This document shows positions 24,725 through 33,957 of a stretch of 64,000 nt of DNA, in pieces. The stretch comes from Clostridia bacterium (GTDB lineage Bacteria > Bacillota > Clostridia > Christensenellales > CAG-314). The stretch is from assembly GCA_017500855.1 (NCBI GenBank), contig JAFVYC010000018.1, positions 17,400 to 81,399 on the forward strand, read 5' to 3'. A program made the translations under genes and the position numbers. The notes below the pieces were generated by a model that was given only the letters and a program-made list of their open reading frames with translations, did not search any database and was not told the origin of the DNA. Each line of letters begins with the position of its first letter. Within the stretch, counting starts at the first letter, position 1.

Positions 24725-25747
24725 ATGAAAAAAGACATCCACATTTTAGCAATAGAAAGTTCGTGCGACGAAACAGCCGCTTCCGTTGTGAAAAACGGCA
24801 GGGAAATTTTGTCTAACGTTGTGCTTTCGCAAATAGACATTCACCGTTTGTACGGTGGCGTTGTTCCGGAAATTGCCAGTCACAACCACATCGAGTGCAT
24901 CGACAAGGTTGTGCAAAAGGCGCTTTCCGACTGCAACTTTACACTTCAAAACATCGATGCCGTTGCCGTTACCTACGGCGCAGGGCTTGTGGGCGCATTG
25001 CTTGTTGGCGTAAGTTTTGCCAAGGGGCTATGCCAAGCAAGCAATTTGCCACTTATTGCCGTCAACCACATCGAAGGACACATTTGCGCAAACTACCTCA
25101 CCTACCCCGACTTGCAACCACCCTACTTGTGTTTGCTTGTGAGCGGTGGGCACACGGCAATTGTCAAGGTGGTAGACTACGACAAGTACGACGTGCTTTG
25201 TTCCACTGTGGACGATGCCTGTGGCGAAGCCTTCGACAAGGTTGCACGTGTGCTTGGTTTGCCCTACCCCGGTGGCCCACAAATAGACAAACTTGCAAAA
25301 GAGGGAAAGCCCACCTTCCCATTCCACTCGGTGGTGGTTTCCAACGGCAACTTCAGCTACAGCGGTTTGAAAACGGCAGTTATCAACACCGTGCACAACG
25401 CAACGCAAAAGGGCGTGGAAATTTCCAAAGCAGACGTGGCGTGCAGTTTCACCAAGAGCGCAATTGACGGCTTGGTGGACAGGCTGTGGCAGGAACTCAA
25501 CAAAACAAACCTCAAAACAGTTGCCATTGCAGGTGGAGTCAGCGCCAATTCCTACTTGCGCAGTCGTGTGCAGGAATTTGAACAAAAGGGCATTCGTGTG
25601 TGCATGCCACAACTTTCCTTGTGTGGCGACAACGCCGCAATGATTGCATCCCGTGGCTACTTCATGTTCCAAGAAGGTCAATTTGCCGACCTCAGTTTGA
25701 ACGCACAGCCAACCCTCAAACTTCGTGGCGAAAAACCACGCAGGTAA
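24725..25747 (+). CDS. tsaD: tRNA N6-adenosine threonylcarbamoyltransferase
   Basis: ILAIESSCDETAASVV, HRLYGGVVPEIASHNH, LLVSGGHT, GDNAAMI. Confidence 0.95.
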   Translation: MKKDIHILAIESSCDETAASVVKNGREILSNVVLSQIDIHRLYGGVVPEIASHNHIECIDKVVQKALSDCNFTLQNIDAVAVTYGAGLVGALLVGVSFAKGLCQASNLPLIAVNHIEGHICANYLTYPDLQPPYLCLLVSGGHTAIVKVVDYDKYDVLCSTVDDACGEAFDKVARVLGLPYPGGPQIDKLAKEGKPTFPFHSVVVSNGNFSYSGLKTAVINTVHNATQKGVEISKADVACSFTKSAIDGLVDRLWQELNKTNLKTVAIAGGVSANSYLRSRVQEFEQKGIRVCMPQLSLCGDNAAMIASRGYFMFQEGQFADLSLNAQPTLKLRGEKPRR

Positions 25748-25762
25748 CACACAGGAGACACC

Positions 25763-28213
25763 ATGGAAAAACAACCAATTTTGCGATATTCCCCCAATCC
25801 ATCCATTGGTTTGACGGAAGAACAAGTGCAACAACGTGTTGCGCAAAAACAAACCAACAAGGTCAAAAAAGTTGTTGGCAAAAGCTACGTTGCCATTGTC
25901 ACTTCCAACGTGCTTACCTTTTTCAACTTGTTGGGTTTCATCATTTTTGTAATTTACGCATTGTGTGGCAGTTTCGACAACATGGCGTTTGTTGCCATTA
26001 TTTCGGCAAACACACTTTTGGGCATCATCCAAGAAATTCGCAGTAAAATTGCTGTGGAAAGGCTTGCCATCGTGCATCAACCAACCATCGACGTTGTGCG
26101 CAACGGCAAGCAACAAACCGTTGCCACCAAGGACGTTGTTTTGGACGACGTTGTGGTGTACTCGGCAGGCAAACAAATTTGCGCCGATGGCATTGTGTTG
26201 GATGGTCAAGTGGAAGTAAACGAATCCATGTTGACGGGAGAAAGCGTCGCCGTCAAAAAAGTCAAGGGCGACGTGTTGTACTCCGGTAGCTACGTTGTGT
26301 CCGGCAATTGCACGGCGCTTGCCGACAAGGTTGGCAAGGAATGCTACGTGGAAAAACTTTCCGCAAGGGTAAAGCGCACCAAAGCGCCCAACAGCCAGTT
26401 GATGAAGGGCATTGGCACAATCATCAAATTTATATCCATCATCATTTTCCCACTTGGCATTGCAACTTTCTTTACCAGTGCGGAAATGCTTGCGTTGTAC
26501 CCATCGGGATGGGACTACATTTGGCAAGGAATTACCACAAGCAACCCGGTTGTGACGTCGGCAATTGTCAACTCCGTCAAATCGGCTGCAGGTTGCATGA
26601 TTGGCATGGTGCCAAGTGGCATGGTGCTTCTCACAAGCACGGCGTTGGCAGTTTCGGCTTTCCGTTTGGCAGGCAAAAATGTTCTTGTTCGAGAAATGGC
26701 GTGCATCGAAATGCTTGCCCGTGTGGATACTTTGTGTTTGGACAAAACCGGTACCATCACCGACGGCACAATGACTGTGCAAGACGTTGTTGTTGTGGAC
26801 GACAGGTTTTCCCAACAGGACGTTGAACAAATGCTTGCAAGCTTGCTTTTCGCCACCAAGGACGACAACTCTACGGCGCAAGCGTTGAAGCAACACCTTG
26901 AAGGCGTTGCTCCGTTGGAAACGACGGCGCACGTTGCATTTTCTTCGGCACGCAAGTACTCAATGGCAACGGTGCAAAACTTTGGCACGGTTGCAATGGG
27001 TGCATCGGAATTTATGTTCAAGCACCAAAGCCAACAATTCAACGACCAATGCAACAGTTTGTTGCAACAAGGGCTTCGTGTGCTTGCCGTCGGACTTAGC
27101 CAAGCAAGCATTGTGGATGATGCCGTTGACCAACCTTTCCAACCAATTGCAATTGTTGTGCTTCAAGACACAATTCGTTCGGACGCAACGGAAATCATTG
27201 CTTGGTTCAAACAAAACAACGTTACCGTCAAGGTTATTTCCGGCGACAACCCCGTGTCCGTTTCGGCAATTGCAATGCAAGTTGGCGTGGAAAATGCCGA
27301 CAGGTACATCAGCTTGGAAGGCATGACGGACGAACAAGTGGCGCAAGTTGCCACACAGTACACGGTGTTTGGCCGTGTAACGCCCGACCAAAAGGCAATT
27401 TTGGTGCGTAGCATGAAGGATGCAGGCGCAACCGTTGCAATGACGGGCGACGGCGTAAACGACATTTTGGCAATGAGGGAAAGCGACTGCGCAATTTCCG
27501 TTGGTTGCGGAAGCGACGCAGCAAAGACTGTGGCGCATTTGGTGCTTACCGACAGCAAGTTCAGTTCCATGCCCAACGTTGTTGCGCACGGCAGGCAAGT
27601 TGTCAACAACATTCAAAACAGTTCGTCGTTGTTCTTGATGAAGACGTCAATGACAATTCTCACAACAATCACGCTGTTGTTCTTGCCCTACACCTACCCG
27701 TTCCAAGCAAAGCATTTGTACGCAATTGAGTTTTTTGTCATTGGTATTGCGTCGGCAATGCTTGCAGTTTTGAAACCAAACAAAAACCTTATCAAGGGCA
27801 ATTTCTTGAAGAACGTTTTGTCCAGCACGTTGCCAAGTGGCGTGGCAATGTACCTTTCGGTGGCGTTGACCTACGTGTTTGTGGCAGTTTGTGGCATTCA
27901 ACTTTCCGCCGAACAAATTTCCACAATTGCAATGTTTGTGATGACGTTCACGGGTCTTGTGGCTTTGCTGATTTTGCTGTACCCCTACGACAAGTTCAAC
28001 TTGCTTGTTGCAGGCGTGGCATCGGTGGGCACGGCAGCGGTGTTCTTGACTTTCCCTTGGATTTTCCAAAACATTTTGGGCGTGGACTTGCAACTGTTTG
28101 TGGCAATCCCCCCACAGGCAATTGTGTTTGTGGTGGCTACTTCCATTTGTTTGGGAGCAGTTGTTGTGTGTGGCAACTTGTTGTTGAAAAAGTTGGCGCA
28201 AAAGGGCAAGTAG
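25763..28213 (+). CDS. Cation-translocating P-type ATPase (P2-like; ion specificity not determinable by eye)
   Basis: TGES, DKTGTITDG phosphorylation site, TGDGVNDILAM, about 10 TMs. AGGAG SD. Confidence 0.9.
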   Translation: MEKQPILRYSPNPSIGLTEEQVQQRVAQKQTNKVKKVVGKSYVAIVTSNVLTFFNLLGFIIFVIYALCGSFDNMAFVAIISANTLLGIIQEIRSKIAVERLAIVHQPTIDVVRNGKQQTVATKDVVLDDVVVYSAGKQICADGIVLDGQVEVNESMLTGESVAVKKVKGDVLYSGSYVVSGNCTALADKVGKECYVEKLSARVKRTKAPNSQLMKGIGTIIKFISIIIFPLGIATFFTSAEMLALYPSGWDYIWQGITTSNPVVTSAIVNSVKSAAGCMIGMVPSGMVLLTSTALAVSAFRLAGKNVLVREMACIEMLARVDTLCLDKTGTITDGTMTVQDVVVVDDRFSQQDVEQMLASLLFATKDDNSTAQALKQHLEGVAPLETTAHVAFSSARKYSMATVQNFGTVAMGASEFMFKHQSQQFNDQCNSLLQQGLRVLAVGLSQASIVDDAVDQPFQPIAIVVLQDTIRSDATEIIAWFKQNNVTVKVISGDNPVSVSAIAMQVGVENADRYISLEGMTDEQVAQVATQYTVFGRVTPDQKAILVRSMKDAGATVAMTGDGVNDILAMRESDCAISVGCGSDAAKTVAHLVLTDSKFSSMPNVVAHGRQVVNNIQNSSSLFLMKTSMTILTTITLLFLPYTYPFQAKHLYAIEFFVIGIASAMLAVLKPNKNLIKGNFLKNVLSSTLPSGVAMYLSVALTYVFVAVCGIQLSAEQISTIAMFVMTFTGLVALLILLYPYDKFNLLVAGVASVGTAAVFLTFPWIFQNILGVDLQLFVAIPPQAIVFVVATSICLGAVVVCGNLLLKKLAQKGK

Positions 28214-28349
28214 TGGCGTTTTCCACACACGTGGTGCGTGTTTTGCACCAAAACGTTGCCAACACACAGTTTTGTTGGCAAAACGTCAAATTTTACAAAA
28301 AAAGCCACCCCGTGGTGGCAAAAATCTACATATTGGCAGGTAAATAACT

Positions 28350-29834
28350 ATGGATTTCAACAAAGCGCTAGATTTCTACAAGCAACAAAGAAGAAAAATC
28401 ATTGCACAAAACTACGTGGGTTTCGTGTCCTCGTGGGACATGGAAACGGAAGCCAAGGAAAACAGCATTTTGGCAGAATCGGAACAAATGGCTGTGCTTT
28501 CGGAACTTTCCTACACGTTGACAACCGACCCCAACTTTGAACAAGCAGTAAACGTGCTTTGGCAAAACAAGGACAAGTTGGACGAAGTGCTTTGCCACGA
28601 GGTGGAAGTGCTTCAAAAGGACATTCAAGAAACAAAGAAAATCCCCATGGAGGAAATGTCGGCGTACAGCGTGCTTTCCAGCCAAGCCTACCCAATCTAC
28701 GTGCGTGCAAAAACCGAAGGTAACTTTGAACTTTTCCGCCCCTATTTGGAAAAGATTGTGGAATTTGCCAAAAAGCAAGTTGTGTGGTTGGATGGCGAAC
28801 TTCACGGCTACGACATTTTGCTTGACAAGTACGAACCACACTACACGCAAACGCAGTACGACAAGTTTTTTGACGTGTTGAAGCAACGCCTTGTGCCGTT
28901 TGTAAAGCAAGTGACACAGCAAAAACCAATTGTTCCCGCTTGGGCAACTGCTAGCTACGACGTTGCAAAGCAAAAGGAATTTTGCGAATATCTCAGGGAC
29001 GTGTTGTGTTTTGACAAATCCCGTGGCATCATGAAGGAAAGCGAACACCCCTTCACAACAAGTTTTGGAACGGAAGACGTGCGCATCACAAACCACTACT
29101 ACGAAAACAATTTGGTGTCCTCCATCTTCTCCGTCATTCACGAAACAGGCCATGCGTTGTACGAACAACAGTGCGACAAGGCGTTGAACAGCACATTGAG
29201 CGGTGGTGGCGCAAGTTTGGGCATGCACGAAAGTCAATCTCGCTTCTACGAAAACATGATTGGCAGAAGCAAGGCTTTTTGGGCTGTTCACTACGGCAAG
29301 TTGCAACAAACTTTCCCAACGCTACAAAGTGTGAGTTTGGATGAATTTGTTGACTACATCAACCTTGCCGAACGCAGTTTTGTGCGCACCGAAGCCGACG
29401 AATTGACCTACTCGTTGCACATCATGTTGCGCTACGAATTGGAAAAGGAACTTATTGAAGGGGATTTGAAGGTTTGCGACCTTCCCAAGCGCTGGAACGA
29501 AAAGTTCTTCGATTTTTTTGGAATGACTCCCCCGAACGACCAACTTGGCGTGTTGCAGGACGTGCACTGGGCAAACGGCAGTTTTGGCTACTTCCCAACG
29601 TACGCTTTGGGCTCGGCAATTTCGGCGCAACTGTACCATCACATGCAAAAGGACTTCGACGTTGAACAAAGTTTGCAAAGTGGCAACACCAAGGCAATCA
29701 ACGAGTGGTTGAAGGAGCACGTTCACAAGTTCGGTTCTTCCAAGTACCCCGACGAGATTTTGCAGTACGCAATTGGCGAAGATTTCGACCCAACCTACTA
29801 CGTAGACTACCTAATCAACAAGTACACAAAGTAA
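28350..29834 (+). CDS. Carboxypeptidase M32 (Taq-type metallocarboxypeptidase)
   Basis: HPFTTSFG, DVRITN, HETGHALYE (HExxH), HESQSRFYEN, VRTEADE. Confidence 0.9.
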   Translation: MDFNKALDFYKQQRRKIIAQNYVGFVSSWDMETEAKENSILAESEQMAVLSELSYTLTTDPNFEQAVNVLWQNKDKLDEVLCHEVEVLQKDIQETKKIPMEEMSAYSVLSSQAYPIYVRAKTEGNFELFRPYLEKIVEFAKKQVVWLDGELHGYDILLDKYEPHYTQTQYDKFFDVLKQRLVPFVKQVTQQKPIVPAWATASYDVAKQKEFCEYLRDVLCFDKSRGIMKESEHPFTTSFGTEDVRITNHYYENNLVSSIFSVIHETGHALYEQQCDKALNSTLSGGGASLGMHESQSRFYENMIGRSKAFWAVHYGKLQQTFPTLQSVSLDEFVDYINLAERSFVRTEADELTYSLHIMLRYELEKELIEGDLKVCDLPKRWNEKFFDFFGMTPPNDQLGVLQDVHWANGSFGYFPTYALGSAISAQLYHHMQKDFDVEQSLQSGNTKAINEWLKEHVHKFGSSKYPDEILQYAIGEDFDPTYYVDYLINKYTK

Positions 29835-29912
29835 CAAAACAAGCACACGGGTGGCGATTTTTGCCACCTGTTTGTTGAAAAAGGCGTGTTTTTTTGCACG
29901 CAAAGGAACAAC

Positions 29913-31034
29913 ATGAAACTTCTTGTACCATCTGCCTACGGCTTGGAAGCCGTGGTAAAACGACAACTACTTTTGCTTGGCTACCCAAACACACGTGCCA
30001 TCAACGGGCGTGTTGCTGTGGAAGACTGCACTTGGACGGACGTTGCTCGCCTCAACATGTTTTTGCGTAGTGGCGAACGTGTTTTAGTGCAACTTGCCGA
30101 GTTCCCTGCCGAAACTTTCGACCAACTTTTCGATGGAGTGGCAAGTGTTGACTGGGCGGAGATTGTCGATGCCAACGGCCGTGTTGTGGTGGTGACAAAG
30201 TCGGTGCAAAGCACCCTGACCGCCCACCACGCAATTCAATCCATCGGCAAAAAAGCCATTGTCACCGTGCTTCAAAAAAAGTACGGAATTTTGCCGGAGG
30301 ACGGCGCAACCTACAAGGTGGAATTGGACATCACGCAAAACGTTGTTTCCGTCAATTTGGACACCACGGGTGTGGGACTTCACAAGCGTGGCTACCGTTC
30401 GTTGAACTACTCCGCACCTTTGAAGGAAACGACTGCATCGGCGCTGATTGACCTTTCGGTGTGGAACCCCGACAAAATGTTTGCCGACATCTTTTGCGGA
30501 AGTGGCACCTTGCCCATCGAAGCAGCAATGAAGGCTTTGAAAATTGCCCCGGGGCTCAACCGAACTTTCGATTTCCAAAACTGGCAATGCGTGGGCGAAA
30601 AACCAATGCAAATTGCCAAGCAAGAGGCAATGGACGTGCGTGTGGAACGTCAACTCAACATTGTTGGTGGCGACATCAACCCCAAGGCCATCGACATTGC
30701 CAACTTCCACGCAAAGCGAGCAGGGGTGGACAAGTACGTCAAGTTCAACCTGCGTGATGCAAGGGAGTTTGTCACCAAGCAAAAGTACGGTGTCAACATC
30801 AGCAACCCACCCTATGGCGAAAGGCTTGGCGACTTGGAAGAAGTCAAGCAAACTGCCAAGGACATGGGCGAGCTGTACCGTTCGTTGGACAAGTGGAACT
30901 TCTACTTCCTTTCCCCCTTGCAAGATTTCGAGCGCCACTTCGGCAGGCGTGCCGACAAAAAGCGCTTTGTTTTCAATGCCGACATCAAGTGCAGTTTCTA
31001 CACCTTCAACGGCCCCAAGCCACCCAAGGCGTAG
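29913..31034 (+). CDS. THUMP-domain class I SAM-dependent RNA methyltransferase (RlmL/YpsC-like)
   Basis: N-terminal ferredoxin-like/THUMP region; DIFCGSGTL (motif I) and NPPYGERLG (motif IV). Confidence 0.85.
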   Translation: MKLLVPSAYGLEAVVKRQLLLLGYPNTRAINGRVAVEDCTWTDVARLNMFLRSGERVLVQLAEFPAETFDQLFDGVASVDWAEIVDANGRVVVVTKSVQSTLTAHHAIQSIGKKAIVTVLQKKYGILPEDGATYKVELDITQNVVSVNLDTTGVGLHKRGYRSLNYSAPLKETTASALIDLSVWNPDKMFADIFCGSGTLPIEAAMKALKIAPGLNRTFDFQNWQCVGEKPMQIAKQEAMDVRVERQLNIVGGDINPKAIDIANFHAKRAGVDKYVKFNLRDAREFVTKQKYGVNISNPPYGERLGDLEEVKQTAKDMGELYRSLDKWNFYFLSPLQDFERHFGRRADKKRFVFNADIKCSFYTFNGPKPPKA

Positions 31035-31213
31035 GCAAAACGTTTGTTGCAAGTGTGATGGCATCGGAAAGTTGCAATTGAATTTGCAGTTGAGATCACG
31101 GAACTGTGTTCAAATCTTTTGCAAGGTTGGCTTTTTTGTTGCTTTTTTGAATAGTAAATGACAATTTGTGGCAAAAAATCTTGAAAAAACAACAAATTTT
31201 TTGAAAATGGGTA

Positions 31214-31242
31214 TTGACATTGGGTGTTTTCAATGATAAAAT
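31214..31242 (+). promoter_or_regulatory. Consensus promoter with no credible ORF downstream for about 400 nt
   Basis: TTGACA (31214-31219), 17-nt spacer, TAAAAT (31237-31242). Confidence 0.5.
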
Positions 31243-31646
31243 ATTGTTGAACAAAGGACAACTGCGTTTGTCCAAAGGCCTATAGTGCGTGCATAGTGCG
31301 TTTGCTCGGATTTTTTACCTCTCCCTTCTTTCCGTTCAGCAAGCGCACTATGTTTTTGTGCAAGCAAAACATTGGGCACAACAAGTCAAGCCGTTTGCAC
31401 ACAAAATGCATTTGTTTGCAAAGTTTAGTTGCTAAAGGGCGCAAGGGCACGGTCAAAAAGACGTTTGCATTAGCATTGAAGGAAATAATGCAACAGAAAC
31501 AACGGGGCTGTTGAAGTGCTTTTGTGGAAAATGGCAAAAGTTGCAGTTTGTTTTCAAAAGGCAATGTATACAAATTTCTCAAACAGGCAAAATTACATAT
31601 AGCATAAAACATAGACAATTGAAAATTTTTGTTGTATAATGAAAGT

Positions 31647-32327
31647 ATGAAGAAGACATTGTACACAACGGTTCTTTCGGCGGTGTTTTTGTCGCTGGCA
31701 TCGGTGGTGGCGTACAGTTTGCGATTTTTTCCACAACTGACGCTAGCAGTATGCTTGATTGTTGGCATTGCGCTTGCCGTTGCAAACGGAATATTTGCGC
31801 TTGTTGTCAAACGTAAAGTCGTTGCCAACGTGTTGCAACTGTTGTTCAACAGCGTTTCGTTGGGGTTTGTGCTTCGTGCTTGGTACATTTTTCGGCAGTT
31901 CGACAACGCATTGTGGCTTATGCTTTGCGTAAGTTTGGCGTGCGTTGCCTACCTTTGGGTGTACCTTGCGTTGTTGCAAATTCCACCTTTCAAGCGCAAC
32001 GCCGGGTTGTTCACGCTTGTGTTTGTTGTGCTTTCCGTTGTGGTGTACGTTTTGTTGGTAGTGTTCACCAAAACGACCTTTGTTTCCACGCTGGGGCTGT
32101 TTTCCATTGTGGAAATTGCATTTTTCTTTTGCATGTTTTCCGCCACGGATGGCATCAAGGAATTTTTGCTAAAGGCAGTTGTGTCTTCGTTCAGTATACT
32201 TATTGTTGCAGTCGTGGTTGTGTCCCTTGTTTGCGAATCGGCAGACGGGCTGGAAGTGTTGGAATGTTTTGACTTTTCCGTTGGTTCCAACAAGCCGTCT
32301 CACGGGGCAAAACCAAAAACAAAGTAG
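31647..32327 (+). CDS. Polytopic membrane protein, function unknown
   Basis: About 6 hydrophobic helices, no motif I recognise. ATG 31647 sits 6 nt after TATAAT (31635-31640), which suggests a leaderless or near-leaderless start. Confidence 0.6.
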   Translation: MKKTLYTTVLSAVFLSLASVVAYSLRFFPQLTLAVCLIVGIALAVANGIFALVVKRKVVANVLQLLFNSVSLGFVLRAWYIFRQFDNALWLMLCVSLACVAYLWVYLALLQIPPFKRNAGLFTLVFVVLSVVVYVLLVVFTKTTFVSTLGLFSIVEIAFFFCMFSATDGIKEFLLKAVVSSFSILIVAVVVVSLVCESADGLEVLECFDFSVGSNKPSHGAKPKTK

Positions 32328-32378
32328 CCGTTGGCTACAAAAACGGCACCGTGTGGTGCATAATATAAGGAGGAGAAC

Positions 32379-32966
32379 ATGGGTAGCATTTTTGCATTTT
32401 TCGACATCCAAGAGTTTGTTGCATCCTTGCAGGTTGCCGACTACGTCATTTTGGGTGTTGCCGTCCTTGCGCTGGTGTTTGGTCTGGTAAAAGGGCTTTT
32501 GAAACAAATTTTTTCCATGGTAGGCACGTTTGTGTACACAATTGGTACGGCAAAGTTTTCCCCTACCGTGCAAGAGTGGCTTGGCACACAAGATTGGGCA
32601 GTTGAAATGTTTGCCGACGAAAGCACTCGTGCTTTGGTTGCGCTCATTGCAACTTTCATCATCATTGTCATTTTGTACAAAATTGTCACCGTCATCATCA
32701 AAAAAGCCATCACCGACATTTCGCTGTTTGGCTTTGCCGACAAAATTTTGGGTGGTGTGCTTGGCGTTGGATGTGTGTACATTGTGCTTGCAACGGTAGT
32801 TGCGCTTGTGTACAACACTTCGCCCACTTTCTTGGCAGGCATCAAGGCAATGTTGCAACCAATTTTGGAAAACAGCGTAATTATCAACTTGATTTTCCAA
32901 GAAAACCCCTATGGCGAGTGGATTGTGGCAATGCTTGTTGAACAACTTCCATTCTTGGGAATGTAG
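32379..32966 (+). CDS. cvpA: CvpA-family membrane protein
   Basis: VADYVILGVAVLALVFGLVKGLLKQIFSMVG and FADKILGGVLGV match the CvpA pattern. AAGGAGGAG SD. Confidence 0.75.
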   Translation: MGSIFAFFDIQEFVASLQVADYVILGVAVLALVFGLVKGLLKQIFSMVGTFVYTIGTAKFSPTVQEWLGTQDWAVEMFADESTRALVALIATFIIIVILYKIVTVIIKKAITDISLFGFADKILGGVLGVGCVYIVLATVVALVYNTSPTFLAGIKAMLQPILENSVIINLIFQENPYGEWIVAMLVEQLPFLGM

Positions 32967-33024
32967 CACAAACTTCGTTGCACGTCAACTTTGCTTTGTA
33001 GCAAAAAAGAATTACAAAAAAAAG

Positions 33025-33066
33025 AAGAGAACATTTCGGCTACCAACCGATTTGTTCTCTTTTTTG
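33025..33066. terminator. Bidirectional intrinsic terminator between cvpA (+) and queH (-)
   Basis: Stem aagagaaca (33025-33033) pairs with tgttctctt (33053-33061). A-run upstream and T-run downstream. Confidence 0.7.
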
Positions 33067-33180
33067 ATTGTAGAATGTTTTGCCGGGCAAAACGTTGCCG
33101 TTTGCTCTGCTTGTGTTTGGGCTAGCCCATTTTGCAACTGCAAATTTGGTTGCGTTTTGTTGGCAACGTTTGTTTGCCAA

Positions 33181-33840
33181 CTAGTTGTTTTGGGTGGCAG
33201 GGGTGGGGTTTTGCATTGCAAGCGCATCTCGCAAGGAAAAACTGCATCCACAGTAGTGCTGACGGTACAAGCCAAATTGTTGCGCAAGTTGAATGCTTTG
33301 GTTGTAGCCGTTGCGTTTTTTGAAGTCACTGCAAAGCCACTTGGTCAAATGCGTTTGAAGTTCCAAACCAATTTGGTTGATTGTTTGCGCATTTTTGTAG
33401 GGGGAAACAGTCAGCGTTGTTGCAAAGTAGTGGAAGTTGTGCTGAGAAGCGTAGGTAAACGTGTCGGAAATTCGCAAGTTGTAGCAAACGTTGCAACGCT
33501 CGCCTCCTTCCTTTTGGTTTTCCATGCCAACAGTCCTGCTGAAAAATCTGCTGTTTTGCTGTTGTTGAACAACAAGTCGTAGCGGAAATTTCGGTTGCAC
33601 AACAAACTGTCCGCTGTTGACAATTTCCACCAATTTTTGCACCTCGTGTAGGCGTTTTTGCCACTCCGTGGGGTCGGTGGTGTTGTCGTTTGCGTAGTAC
33701 AACGTGATGTTGAATTTGTCCAACAGTTGCGTCAGGCAGTAGGTTGCGCACGGCGCACAACACACGTGCAGTAGCAAAGTAGAGTTTTCTTCCGCCGTGG
33801 ACTTTTGTTGGGTAAAAATGCTGTCGTAGTTGTTTTTCAT
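33181..33840 (-). CDS. queH: Epoxyqueuosine reductase QueH (DUF208)
   Basis: LLLHVCCAPCATYC, RCNVCYNLR, HYCGCSFS. Start at MKNNYDS (ATG 33840). The rest of track ORF 33181..34251 is read-through of the repeat region. Confidence 0.85.
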   Translation of the reverse strand: MKNNYDSIFTQQKSTAEENSTLLLHVCCAPCATYCLTQLLDKFNITLYYANDNTTDPTEWQKRLHEVQKLVEIVNSGQFVVQPKFPLRLVVQQQQNSRFFSRTVGMENQKEGGERCNVCYNLRISDTFTYASQHNFHYFATTLTVSPYKNAQTINQIGLELQTHLTKWLCSDFKKRNGYNQSIQLAQQFGLYRQHYCGCSFSLRDALAMQNPTPATQNN

Positions 33841-33957
33841 GGCTACATTATATACCAATTTTGGCATTTGCACAACCTTTTGGCAATGGTTGGCGCAAGT
33901 TGCAAGCAAACAGGGCAATTGCGTTGAACAATTGCCCCGTTTTGTTGAAGTTGGGTG

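Noticed and set aside
25028-26932. Very long antisense ORFs: 634 aa here, plus 17379..18974, 40048..41793, 48889..50298, 51538..53100, 53131..54504, 55411..57018, 57391..58929, 15589..17157, 11283..12425, 3108..4196 and others.
   Set aside because: Each lies codon-aligned opposite a gene with unmistakable conserved motifs. Their translations are V/H/C/F/N/K/Q-rich with no recognisable domains, SD sequences or sensible starts. They are explained by the absence of TTA/CTA/TCA codons in the sense genes.
31296-31514. A 72-aa basic Cys-rich ORF downstream of the orphan promoter.
   Set aside because: It has no SD and uses TCA, TTA and ATA codons that bona fide genes here avoid. It overlaps strong secondary-structure elements, so a non-coding RNA is more plausible.
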